Below, piece after piece: positions 18,343 through 27,036 of a DNA stretch of 64,000 bases. Where the stretch lies: the NCBI GenBank assembly GCA_964478715.1, contig CAYZIY010000003.1:6669-70668 (forward strand), in the 5' to 3' direction. Below the pieces are notes generated by a model. The model did no database searches. It was not told the origin of the DNA and worked only from the letters and a program-made list of their open reading frames with translations. This DNA comes from an uncultured Planctomycetales bacterium. Lineage in GTDB: Bacteria; Omnitrophota; Gorgyraeia; Zapsychrales; JBDRMG01. The position numbers and the translations under genes are program-made. Numbering within the stretch: the first letter of the stretch is position 1; the number at the start of each line of letters is the position of its first letter.

Positions 18343-19428
18343 ATGAAGAGCATACTTTTTGTGTGTATTGAAAATTCTTGCCGAAGCCAAATGGCGGAAG
18401 GATTCGCCCGTCATTTAGGGAAAGGCATTGTTGTCGTAGACAGCGCCGGATCCAATCCCGCATCAAGCGTTGATTCTCTGGCTGTTGAAGCAATGAGGGA
18501 GGTAGGGATTGATATTTCAAAAAGACATTCTAAAGGATTTCATCAACTGACTTCTAAGAATTATAACTATGTGATAACATTAGGATGTAAAGATAAATGT
18601 CCTTTTTTGCCAGCAGACAAAAATTTTGACTGGAATATTTGTGACCCCAAAGGTGAAGATTTAGAAATCTACAGAATTGTTCGCAATGAGATTCAAGAAC
18701 ATGTCCGCGCCTTAATCAGTGAGATCACTATGGAAAATACAAAATTGGAAAGAGCAAGGAATGAAAGACATATTGATGAAGAGCTGGATAAGCTGAATAC
18801 AAACTTGCTGAAAATGGCTACGCTAACCGAAGAAGCGATTCATAAGTCCATCGAATCTCTAAAGGAACGCAATAGAGAGCTAGCTGAGCTGACAATCGAA
18901 AATGATAAAAAGATTGACGAGCTTGAAAATATAATTGAAGAAGGCTGTATTGAGCTTTTAGCTTTATTTCAGCCGGTAGCCAAAGACCTTCGTTTTATCA
19001 CAACGGGAATGCGAATCAATATGGAATTAGAGCGCATAGGCGATCTTACGGTTAATATTTGTCAGCGGGTAATCGAAATAGCAGATTATCCTCTTGTTAA
19101 ACCACTGGTTGATATTCCAAAATTAGCTGAAAATTCTAAACATATGGTTAAATTAGCTATCGATTCATTCGTTCGCCATGATCAGCAACTTGCTAAGCAA
19201 GTTATTTTTAGCGATGGGGAGTCGAATCGACTCAGAACGTCTATTATTGAAGAACTCGTTCATGAATATATGGTGAAAGACGGATCTATTTGTCCCCGTG
19301 CCGTTCCCTTGCTTCTTATCGCCCGAGACTTAGAGCGCATTTCCGATCACGCTTCCTCGATCGCCGAAGATGTGATCTACATGATTCAGGCAAAAATTGT
19401 TAAGCATCACCCCGAACGTCTTGCCTGA
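18343..19428 (+). CDS. fusion protein: N-terminal ArsC/LMW-PTP-fold (thioredoxin-coupled arsenate-reductase-like) domain + C-terminal PhoU
   Basis: N-terminal ~130 aa: LFVCIENSCRSQMAEGFAR (CX5R P-loop), AMREVGIDIS, VITLGCKDKCPF and NICDP. This is close to Bacillus-type ArsC, including the two downstream redox Cys. Residues ~135-361: two PhoU repeats (MELERIGDLTVNICQRV; DLERISDHASSIAEDV). Starts 4 nt after the pstB stop. Confidence 0.75.
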   Translation: MKSILFVCIENSCRSQMAEGFARHLGKGIVVVDSAGSNPASSVDSLAVEAMREVGIDISKRHSKGFHQLTSKNYNYVITLGCKDKCPFLPADKNFDWNICDPKGEDLEIYRIVRNEIQEHVRALISEITMENTKLERARNERHIDEELDKLNTNLLKMATLTEEAIHKSIESLKERNRELAELTIENDKKIDELENIIEEGCIELLALFQPVAKDLRFITTGMRINMELERIGDLTVNICQRVIEIADYPLVKPLVDIPKLAENSKHMVKLAIDSFVRHDQQLAKQVIFSDGESNRLRTSIIEELVHEYMVKDGSICPRAVPLLLIARDLERISDHASSIAEDVIYMIQAKIVKHHPERLA

Positions 19429-19617
19429 TTCTTCTTTTCGAATTTTTTCCAAACGTATACGATGTTGATTTTGCCATTAGTTATCTACTAGACATTATCA
19501 TGAAAGATAGGCAACAGAAGGTTTGTTGTATTGATGAGCCTATTTTGAGTCTGGATTTTGCTTGCTTTTAAGCAAAGAGGGCATTATATTAAAATTTAGA
19601 AAATTCTGGACAAAGAC

Positions 19618-20868
19618 ATGGAGCTCAAAGAGAAATTTATTGAATCGATTGTTGAAGCGACTGAGGAATCATTCATGATGATTTTGGCCTTAACGCCTCA
19701 GCGTATTGATGGAATAGCTTCTTTAAGTCAACCCGGCCGTCTCATATGTAGCATAGAATTCTCCGGGAGCATCAAAGGCGCTATCGCTGTCAGCCTCTCC
19801 AACGAAGCGGCTTGTCAGCTGGCTTCCAAAATGCTCGAAGTCGAGATCAATGTAATCAACAAAGATGTGACGTATGCGATTGGGGAGTTTCTCAATACGA
19901 TTGTTTCAGGGGTGAGCGTGCGCTTGGCTTCTATTCCGCATATCTTTGATGCTTATTCTCCGGAGATTGTGAAAGGCAGTGAATTTGAGCAAACGATGAA
20001 AATACATGTTCATTATATTCATATGGGATTTCGTACAGAAATATTCAATTTTGATATGGTCGGTTATTATCGATTCCCTGACGAGGAAATGAAGCCGCCT
20101 CCGGCTGATGAAGAAAAGAGTTTCGACAGTGTGCTTGGTAATTCTTTAACGGTAAGCGATCAAACTGAAGATTTTTTGGATCAATCGACTCCCGAACAAA
20201 ATCATCCCCAGCATTCACCGGAAGCGGTCCAGGAAAAAATTCCGGAAGGTGAGAGCGAGAAATCAAAAGTTCATTCTATTCTCAAGGCCATTCTGAAGGC
20301 CGAAGATGAAGCCGTGGAAGAGGAAACGAAAGATAAATGCGATAAATCACCATCGGTGAATGAAATGATTTACACTGCTGGTAAAGCAGGGGAGCCTTCC
20401 GATAAAAATCTATTGCCTCGGCAAATATTAAAAAAAGAAGAAATAGAACAAAAACAGCAGAAAGAACAAGAGGGGTCTTCGGGACCAGAGAAAGAAAGTA
20501 AGGAAATAGAACCAAATCCGGAACAATCGGAGAGAAAAAAACAGGAGCAAAATGTTGATCAAGAGGAGCCGGATCTTTCAGAACCCCTACGGGAATCGCA
20601 TCAGATATCTGCTAAATCTAAAGAGACGCGGACAATAGATAAACAAGAAATCGCAAAAGCCCTAGAGAAATTGCTGGAAAAACCCGGTGACAAGTTTGAT
20701 CCTGCTGAAATTAAAGAACTTTTGGCTCCTTTGCTGAAATTGGATCACGTGGACTTAAGTCTCCCCGCTTCGACACAAGTAGATATGTCTAAAGATGTTC
20801 AGCTAGAATCGGAATCCGTCCGCAAGCTGGATGAATTGATCAAAAAAAACCGCAGTCTTCATCGTTAA
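19618..20868 (+). CDS. CheX/CheC-like fold domain protein with a long acidic/Lys-rich low-complexity C-terminal tail
   Basis: N-terminal ~150 aa (...SIEFSGSIKGAIAVSLSNEAACQLASKMLE...YAIGEFLNTIVSG...) resembles CheX. The C-terminal ~250 aa is E/K/Q/P-rich with repeated EKE/KQE motifs and is likely disordered. Confidence 0.4.
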   Translation: MELKEKFIESIVEATEESFMMILALTPQRIDGIASLSQPGRLICSIEFSGSIKGAIAVSLSNEAACQLASKMLEVEINVINKDVTYAIGEFLNTIVSGVSVRLASIPHIFDAYSPEIVKGSEFEQTMKIHVHYIHMGFRTEIFNFDMVGYYRFPDEEMKPPPADEEKSFDSVLGNSLTVSDQTEDFLDQSTPEQNHPQHSPEAVQEKIPEGESEKSKVHSILKAILKAEDEAVEEETKDKCDKSPSVNEMIYTAGKAGEPSDKNLLPRQILKKEEIEQKQQKEQEGSSGPEKESKEIEPNPEQSERKKQEQNVDQEEPDLSEPLRESHQISAKSKETRTIDKQEIAKALEKLLEKPGDKFDPAEIKELLAPLLKLDHVDLSLPASTQVDMSKDVQLESESVRKLDELIKKNRSLHR

Positions 20869-20915
20869 ATTTTAGAAATTATATTATTCCATCCTGTTTG
20901 GAAAAATTTTTCTGC

Positions 20916-20944
20916 TTGAGATCGAATGCCAAAATCGCTATAAT
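20916..20944 (+). promoter_or_regulatory. sigma70-type promoter for trxA
   Basis: TTGAGA (20916-21), a 17-nt spacer, then TATAAT (20939-44), 42 nt upstream of the trxA ATG. A GGAGG ribosome-binding site follows. Confidence 0.6.
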
Positions 20945-20986
20945 AATTCATCTTAATAGAATTACAATTTAAAAGGAGGATGCTTT

Positions 20987-21313
20987 ATGGCTGCAGTAAA
21001 AGTGACTCAGGATTCGTTTGAGCAGGAAGTTTTAAATTCCGATAAACCTGTTTTAGTCGATTTTTGGGCAGAATGGTGCGGACCCTGCAAGATGATTGCT
21101 CCTATTATTGATGAGCTGGCAGTAGAATTTGAAGGAAAAGTTAAATTTTGTAAAGCTAATGTCGATGAAGTCCAGCAGTTGGCAACCCAATATAGCGTTA
21201 TGTCAATTCCCACCCTTGTCTTTTTTAAGGACGGGAAACCGGTGGATCAGGTGATCGGTGCTCAGGGCAAAGATCAGTTGATGAATAAAATTAACCAGCA
21301 TGTTTCCGCTTAA
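20987..21313 (+). CDS. trxA: thioredoxin
   Basis: 108 aa, WAEWCGPCKMIAP active site, typical TrxA length. Confidence 0.9.
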   Translation: MAAVKVTQDSFEQEVLNSDKPVLVDFWAEWCGPCKMIAPIIDELAVEFEGKVKFCKANVDEVQQLATQYSVMSIPTLVFFKDGKPVDQVIGAQGKDQLMNKINQHVSA

Positions 21314-21353
21314 GCGGAAGAAATTGACGAGTTTATCGAATAGGGACAAAAAA

Positions 21354-21710
21354 ATGTATTTAACATTTTGCCGTGCAAAGATTGCTCGGGCCAAGGTCAC
21401 TGAAGCCGAGCTCTATTATGAAGGTAGCATCACCATTGATGAAGCCATTCTTGAAGCCGCCAATATTTATCCAGGTGAAAAGGTAGAGATCCTTAATCTC
21501 AATAATGGTAATCGAACCGAAACTTATGTGATTGTTGGGGAAAGGGACTCGGGCCAAATTTGTCTTAATGGCCCGGCGGCTCGATTAGGATATGTCGGAG
21601 ATGAACTGATTATATTGAGTTATGCGTTGGTTGAGAAAAAGGATATCGAAAAAGAAAAAACAAAAGTGGTTTATTTAGATGATCGCAACAAAGTTAAAAA
21701 TTCGCGTTGA
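21354..21710 (+). CDS. panD: aspartate 1-decarboxylase
   Basis: MYLTFCRAKIARAKVTEAELYYEGSITIDEAILEAANIYPGEKVEILNLNNGNRTETYVI matches the PanD family (MLxxKxHRAxVTxAxLxYxGS). The track start at 21300 is over-extended. Confidence 0.8.
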   Translation: MYLTFCRAKIARAKVTEAELYYEGSITIDEAILEAANIYPGEKVEILNLNNGNRTETYVIVGERDSGQICLNGPAARLGYVGDELIILSYALVEKKDIEKEKTKVVYLDDRNKVKNSR

Positions 21711-22236
21711 AGGCGACCCCTGTCTTCGCAAAAAATCCAAGAAAGTCGCTGAAATGAATTCCAGCGAACGTCTGCTGGTGGCCTCGATGATCAAAACCAT
21801 GCACGAGAACAACGGTATTGGTTTGGCCGCTCCTCAGGTTGGCCTTAATAAACAAATCTTTGTCGTTGATATCGGTGAAAGCCCCATGGCTTTTGTGAAT
21901 CCTCAAATCCTTTCTAAGAAAGGTATGGATGTGATGGAGGAGGGATGCCTGAGTCTTCCGGGCGTAACGGTTAAAGTCAAGCGGCCACAAACGATTAAGG
22001 TGAGGTATTGCGACGAACAAAACAGAGAATACACCAAAGAATTCAGCGATTTGATGGCCAAGGTTATTTTGCATGAAAATGATCATTTGCAGGGTAAATT
22101 AATTATTGATTATGCTGGTTTTCGTCAACGAATTCGTTATCACCGGCAATTGAGGGAACTTCTTAAACAAGCAACAGAAGAGCAGTCGTCTTTACAAACG
22201 CCAGGTACTGATGAAAAAGCTCCCCCCTTGGTTTAG
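21679..22236 (+). CDS. def: peptide deformylase
   Basis: The three PDF motifs GIGLAAPQVG, EGCLSLPG and HENDHLQG. Confidence 0.85.
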   Translation: MIATKLKIRVEGDPCLRKKSKKVAEMNSSERLLVASMIKTMHENNGIGLAAPQVGLNKQIFVVDIGESPMAFVNPQILSKKGMDVMEEGCLSLPGVTVKVKRPQTIKVRYCDEQNREYTKEFSDLMAKVILHENDHLQGKLIIDYAGFRQRIRYHRQLRELLKQATEEQSSLQTPGTDEKAPPLV

Positions 22237-23101
22237 ACAAGACATACCTGATTCTCATATTATCCGAAAGCTTAAAGTCCAATTAAGTGAAACCGGACTT
22301 TCTACTGTATGCCAGAGCGCGCGATGCCCTAATCTGGGTATTTGCTGGAAAGAGAATTCTGCGACGTTTATGATTTTGGGGGATCACTGTACCCGAGAAT
22401 GTCGGTTTTGTGCTGTGACAAATGCTGCCCCCAGAGAGATAGATCCCCGGGAACCAGAGAAAATTATGGAGGTGGTTTCTCGTTTGGGTTTGCAATATGT
22501 CGTTATTACATCTGTAACCCGTGATGATTTGCCGGATGGGGGCGCTCATCATTTTGCTCAAACGATTAAGGCTCTCAAGCGGATACCGGGACTTATCGGC
22601 GTGGAGGCTTTGATTCCTGATTTCCAGGGTAATGAAGATAGTTTGGAAATTATCGTTAAAGAGGCCTTGAGTGTTTGCAATCATAACTGCGAAACGGTTG
22701 AGCGATTGACTCCTCAGATTCGTAAAGGAGCAGATTACCAAAGATCTTTGCGGGTGCTAGAAAGAGCCAAGCAGTTTCGGCCGTCTCTTATTACCAAATC
22801 AGGATTTATGGTCGGCCTGGGGGAAACGGAGAAGGAGATCATTTCCCTGATGAGAGATATTGCCCTAACCGGATGTGATATTCTCACCATTGGTCAATAT
22901 TTATCACCCTCCCAGGGTGAACGGCATCTGCCGGTTGATCGATTTGCCTCTCCTCAGCAATTTGATAATTATCGATCCTGGGCTTTTGAGATGGGTTTTA
23001 AAGTTGTCGAGAGCGGCCCATTGGTGCGCAGTTCCTATAGAGCCAAAGAATCCTTTTTAACCTGTCGCGAGACTTGTCAACTCAAGGAGGCGATAGCATA
23101 G
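22211..23101 (+). CDS. lipA: lipoyl synthase
   Basis: KLPPWFRQ N-terminus. CPNLGICW auxiliary cluster. CTRECRFCAV radical-SAM cluster. Confidence 0.85.
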   Translation: MKKLPPWFRQDIPDSHIIRKLKVQLSETGLSTVCQSARCPNLGICWKENSATFMILGDHCTRECRFCAVTNAAPREIDPREPEKIMEVVSRLGLQYVVITSVTRDDLPDGGAHHFAQTIKALKRIPGLIGVEALIPDFQGNEDSLEIIVKEALSVCNHNCETVERLTPQIRKGADYQRSLRVLERAKQFRPSLITKSGFMVGLGETEKEIISLMRDIALTGCDILTIGQYLSPSQGERHLPVDRFASPQQFDNYRSWAFEMGFKVVESGPLVRSSYRAKESFLTCRETCQLKEAIA

Positions 23102-23105
23102 AGTT

Positions 23106-24098
23106 ATGAAGAAAATCGCTAGGAACATTATTTCTTTTTTGGTCAAATTGAGTTTCAGCGGTGCTCTCCTTGCCTATCTGTTCCATAAGATGGATTTTGA
23201 AAAGACGCTGGAAACTCTCAAGAAAGCGGATTTGAATTATATTTTATTGGCGGCATTCTTCTTTCTGATTGTTAATGTCATTCTTTTAATCCGCTGGTCC
23301 TTTTTCTTAAAGGCTTTAAATCTGCAGGTATCTTTTTTGACCGCGGCCCGATGTTTGTTTATCGGGTTGTTTTTCAATCTGTTTTTTCCTACTTCTACCG
23401 GCGGAGATGTGATGAAGATTTGGTTTCTTTTTAAAAACACGGAAGAAAAAGGAAAGGCCGTGGCCTCTGTCGTGGCTGACCGGCTTTGGGGATTTCTGTC
23501 GATTGTTCTAATCGGTACCGTAGCCTATTTAGCGGGTCATCATTTATTTCAGGATCAAATTTTGCTTTTAGCTATTCTGATTCTGGCCACCGTGAGTTTT
23601 TCGGCGGCTTTTGTCCTTTTTCATGAAAAATCTTACACGTTTTGTTGCCGCATTTTTAGCCCTTTTCCTAAATTGAAAGAAAACTTGATTCGCTTTCATC
23701 ACACTATTGCACTGCTTAAAAATAAAAAATGGGATCTTTTGATTCCTGTGGCCTACTCTTGTTTAGGGCAGATTTTTTTTGCTTTTACATTTTATTTTAT
23801 CGCCAAAGCTCTGCATCAGGATATTAATATTGTCTACTTTCTGATTTTTGTGCCTTTAATATGCGTGGTTTCCTCGCTGCCATCTATTGCCGGTTTGGGA
23901 TTTCGTGATTTCGGAGCCGCTTATCTGTTTGCGAAAGTCGGCATGGCCACCGGAACAGCCGTAAGCATGACTTTAATCAATTTTGTTTTTATGCTGGCCA
24001 TTGGATTGGTCGGGGGAGTCATTTATGTCTTTGCATTATCTCCTAGACGGATACAACATCACCAAGCAGATTCCGCAGCTCTCCCGGAAGAAACATAA
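23106..24098 (+). CDS. polytopic membrane protein of the UPF0104 / lysylphosphatidylglycerol-synthase-TM (flippase-like) family
   Basis: ~8 TM segments. The conserved P.STGGDVMKIWFL (P...GG[DE]) motif of that family. Confidence 0.5.
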   Translation: MKKIARNIISFLVKLSFSGALLAYLFHKMDFEKTLETLKKADLNYILLAAFFFLIVNVILLIRWSFFLKALNLQVSFLTAARCLFIGLFFNLFFPTSTGGDVMKIWFLFKNTEEKGKAVASVVADRLWGFLSIVLIGTVAYLAGHHLFQDQILLLAILILATVSFSAAFVLFHEKSYTFCCRIFSPFPKLKENLIRFHHTIALLKNKKWDLLIPVAYSCLGQIFFAFTFYFIAKALHQDINIVYFLIFVPLICVVSSLPSIAGLGFRDFGAAYLFAKVGMATGTAVSMTLINFVFMLAIGLVGGVIYVFALSPRRIQHHQADSAALPEET

Positions 24099-24531
24099 GG
24101 GAGAACGCGAAAGTCTGATTCACTTGATCGAAACCGTTCGGCCGCAAGGAAGCATCAAAAACAAGGTCACTGTCGTCTGGGATGGTCGGGCAGGGATGGA
24201 TGCCTTGACGGATCGTTCTCACAAAATCGTGAGCAGCATTTTCAGTAAAGAGATTTCTGCCGATGACCGGATTCGGGAATTTGTTCGATCGTTTAAGCAT
24301 AAAAAACAACTGATTGTCGTTACCGATGATAAGGAGCTGAAATTTTCGATCAGGGCTTTGGGGGCCCGTGTCAGTTGTGTAAAAGATTTTCTCGACAAAT
24401 GCTCAGTATCGACAGAAAAGAAAAATAAACGAAAGAAAAGAGATCCTTCCGATCGCAAATATATATCTAAATCGGCAGAGCATGAAATTAATGAGGAACT
24501 AAAAAAGATCTGGATTGATTCGAGAGACTGA
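24028..24531 (+). CDS. NYN-domain (YacP-like) predicted RNase
   Basis: LLDGYNI...VTVVWDG...LIVVTDDKEL..IRALGARV matches the YacP/Rae1 NYN pattern. Basic C-terminal tail. Start uncertain (overlaps the upstream gene). Confidence 0.6.
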   Translation, partial: SLHYLLDGYNITKQIPQLSRKKHKGERESLIHLIETVRPQGSIKNKVTVVWDGRAGMDALTDRSHKIVSSIFSKEISADDRIREFVRSFKHKKQLIVVTDDKELKFSIRALGARVSCVKDFLDKCSVSTEKKNKRKKRDPSDRKYISKSAEHEINEELKKIWIDSRD

Positions 24532-24537
24532 TTATTC

Positions 24538-25308
24538 ATGAGGCATTTAGTGGAGTATCTAATCGGTTTTATCGCGGGCATTGGTCAGGCTGTTTTATTT
24601 CTGCTCTCTGTGATCCGTTATATTCTAAAGGGCCGAATCAGATTCAAAGAGGTTCTCAAGCAGATTTACGAACAGGGCATGCAGTCGGTGGTTGTGGTGG
24701 CCTTGGCGTCTTTGGCTTCGGGCGTTGTTTTAGCCCTTCAGGGTCATGTTATGTTGAATCGCTTCGGAGCCAAAGAATATATTGCTCATCTGGTGGCGCT
24801 TTCTTTAGTGAGGGAATTGAGCCCGGTTTTTTCATCTTTTATTTTTTCAGGAAAGGCTGGAGCGCGCGTGACCGCGGAACTGGGATCAATGAATGTCAAC
24901 GATCAGATTATGGCGGTTCGAACTATGGGGGTTGATCCAATCGAATTTCTGATTGTTCCTCGAATGGTAGCGTCTTTCCTGGTATTGCCTATTCTGGTTG
25001 TGATTTCTGAAGTTATCGGGATTGCCGGTGGCTATTTTGTGGGAATCTTTGAAGCGAACATTCCGGGGACTTTTTATATTAATCAAACGCTGCGGGCTAT
25101 TGATTTTACCGATTTCTTCAGTGGATTTATTAAGTCGTTTTTCTTTGCAGGAATTATCGGCTGGGTTTGCTGCTATCAGGGGTTTACGACCAAGGGAGGA
25201 TCCTTGGGAGTTGGAAAATATACGACCAAAGCAGTGGCTTTATCATATATCCTGGTTGTTTTAGCCGATGTTTTTTTGACAAAAATTATTTTAACATTTT
25301 GGCATTAA
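24538..25308 (+). CDS. mlaE: ABC transporter permease MlaE (Ttg2B family)
   Basis: 256 aa polytopic protein of the MlaE family, immediately upstream of the MlaF-type ATPase and MlaD-type MCE genes. Confidence 0.8.
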   Translation: MRHLVEYLIGFIAGIGQAVLFLLSVIRYILKGRIRFKEVLKQIYEQGMQSVVVVALASLASGVVLALQGHVMLNRFGAKEYIAHLVALSLVRELSPVFSSFIFSGKAGARVTAELGSMNVNDQIMAVRTMGVDPIEFLIVPRMVASFLVLPILVVISEVIGIAGGYFVGIFEANIPGTFYINQTLRAIDFTDFFSGFIKSFFFAGIIGWVCCYQGFTTKGGSLGVGKYTTKAVALSYILVVLADVFLTKIILTFWH

Positions 25309-25326
25309 TCCAGGGAGGGAGGATCC

Positions 25327-25674
25327 GTGAATAGACATTTTTTAGTAATGACCTTGACTCTTGCGTTAGCATTCTTTTTAAGTTCTTGCGAAACAACTCA
25401 AAAACAGAGGATAGATGAAATTGATTTTATTGTCCCCGAGGTTGAGGCCAGATGGATACGGGAAGGTGAGTCTATTGAATTTGAAGGGGAGAAATGGTAC
25501 CCTCAGGATTCCCTTGATTATCTTAGAGATGACGAAGTTTATTATTTGGGCGATTATAGGAATGTCCAGTTTTTCGTTGAAAAAATAGATGTTCGACCCT
25601 ATGATCGACTCTATACAAAATTTGGACAATATCAATTTCGGGTTTTTCAAAAAGAGGACTATCGCGAGAATTGA
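25327..25674 (+). CDS. small lipoprotein of unknown function, inserted between mlaE and mlaF
   Basis: Lipobox LALAFFLSSC. No recognisable domain. Confidence 0.4.
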   Translation: MNRHFLVMTLTLALAFFLSSCETTQKQRIDEIDFIVPEVEARWIREGESIEFEGEKWYPQDSLDYLRDDEVYYLGDYRNVQFFVEKIDVRPYDRLYTKFGQYQFRVFQKEDYREN

Positions 25675-26396
25675 TCAGGGCGGAGAATATATCCATAGCG
25701 TTGGGGGGGCATGTCATTTTTGATCGGCTGAGTTTCGATATTGCTGATGGCCAGCTTTTTGTCATTTTAGGTCAAAGCGGTGCAGGGAAAAGCGTTCTTT
25801 TAAGACACCTTATCGGATTGATGAAACCGGATCAAGGAAGTATTATTATCGACGGACTGTGTATTTCTGATCTTTCGGAAAGACGACTTTTGGACGTCCG
25901 GAAGAATATTGGCTATTTGTTTCAGGACGGGGCCTTGTTTGATTTTATGAATATCTATGAGAATCTGGCTTTTCCTCTTGAAGAACATACGCTACTGAAG
26001 AGAAAAAATATCACCCAAAAAGTAAAAAATATCCTGCATCAAGTGGGATTAGAAGGTGTTGAAAATATGTTTCCGATAGAGTTAAGCGGAGGAATGCGTA
26101 AACGTGCTGCTTTAGCTCGGTCCGTGATTTTGGACTGTCAATATCTTTTTTGTGATGAACCGACATCGGGATTGGATCCCAAGCGGAGCTATGAAATTGC
26201 TAATTTAATTCGGGAAATGACGAGAAATAGTAACCGAACTACGGTGATGACATCCCACGATATTCCTAATTCATTGCGCATTGCGGATCGGTTGGCTATT
26301 TTGCAAAACGGGACATTTGCAGCAGTCGGCAGCAAAGACGATTTGGTCTCTTCAAAAGATCCCTTTGTGTGTGACTTTCTGAATAAATATCGTTAA
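25671..26396 (+). CDS. mlaF: ABC transporter ATP-binding protein MlaF
   Basis: Walker A GQSGAGKS. LSGGMRKRAALAR. DEPTSGLD. TTG start overlapping the upstream stop. Confidence 0.8.
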   Translation: MIRAENISIALGGHVIFDRLSFDIADGQLFVILGQSGAGKSVLLRHLIGLMKPDQGSIIIDGLCISDLSERRLLDVRKNIGYLFQDGALFDFMNIYENLAFPLEEHTLLKRKNITQKVKNILHQVGLEGVENMFPIELSGGMRKRAALARSVILDCQYLFCDEPTSGLDPKRSYEIANLIREMTRNSNRTTVMTSHDIPNSLRIADRLAILQNGTFAAVGSKDDLVSSKDPFVCDFLNKYR

Positions 26397-26410
26397 ATAG
26401 GGGAGGATCC

Positions 26411-27004
26411 ATGGATAAAAGAGAATTTGTCAAAAGGCTTTATGCCGGGATATTCCTCATCATCGGCATAGCCTTAATTGTGGTTGTGATCTTGGCTATT
26501 GGGATGGAAAAAGGATTAACCCAACCCAAATTTCAGATAAGCGTTGTCTTTCGGGAAGTCGGGGGATTATCTATCGGCGCTCCCGTGCGCCTTTCCGGTG
26601 TAAATGTGGGAACGGTTGGTTCCATCGATTTTTTGGAAAACAAGTTTCAGGGGCGGGGTGTTATTGTCAATTTGCTAGTTTTTACCCGATATCGGAAACA
26701 GCTGGAGAAGGCGAAAAGATTTATGATAAAAACAGAAGGCGTGCTGGGGGAGAAGATTGTCAAGATCAGTTCTTCGCAGTATGGAGAACAGATAGACTTC
26801 ACCCAACCCATTATCGGGGAAGATCCTCTGGATGTGCAGGATTTGGCGGAGAAATTCGGCGATACCGCCAAATCGCTGACGGCGACCAGCGAAGGGATTC
26901 GCAAAATAGTCTTTGAGCTAAGAGAAATAGGGCGCACTTCTAAGAGATTGCTCGATCGCATTGAGCGCAGATTGATCGAGGGTAATCTGTTTCGAGTTTT
27001 CTAA
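26411..27004 (+). CDS. mlaD: MCE-domain protein MlaD
   Basis: N-terminal TM then MCE core VVFREVGGLSIGAPVRLSGVNVGTVGSIDF. Confidence 0.75.
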   Translation: MDKREFVKRLYAGIFLIIGIALIVVVILAIGMEKGLTQPKFQISVVFREVGGLSIGAPVRLSGVNVGTVGSIDFLENKFQGRGVIVNLLVFTRYRKQLEKAKRFMIKTEGVLGEKIVKISSSQYGEQIDFTQPIIGEDPLDVQDLAEKFGDTAKSLTATSEGIRKIVFELREIGRTSKRLLDRIERRLIEGNLFRVF

Positions 27005-27036
27005 AATCAAATAATCAAAAACAAAGAGAGGAAAAA

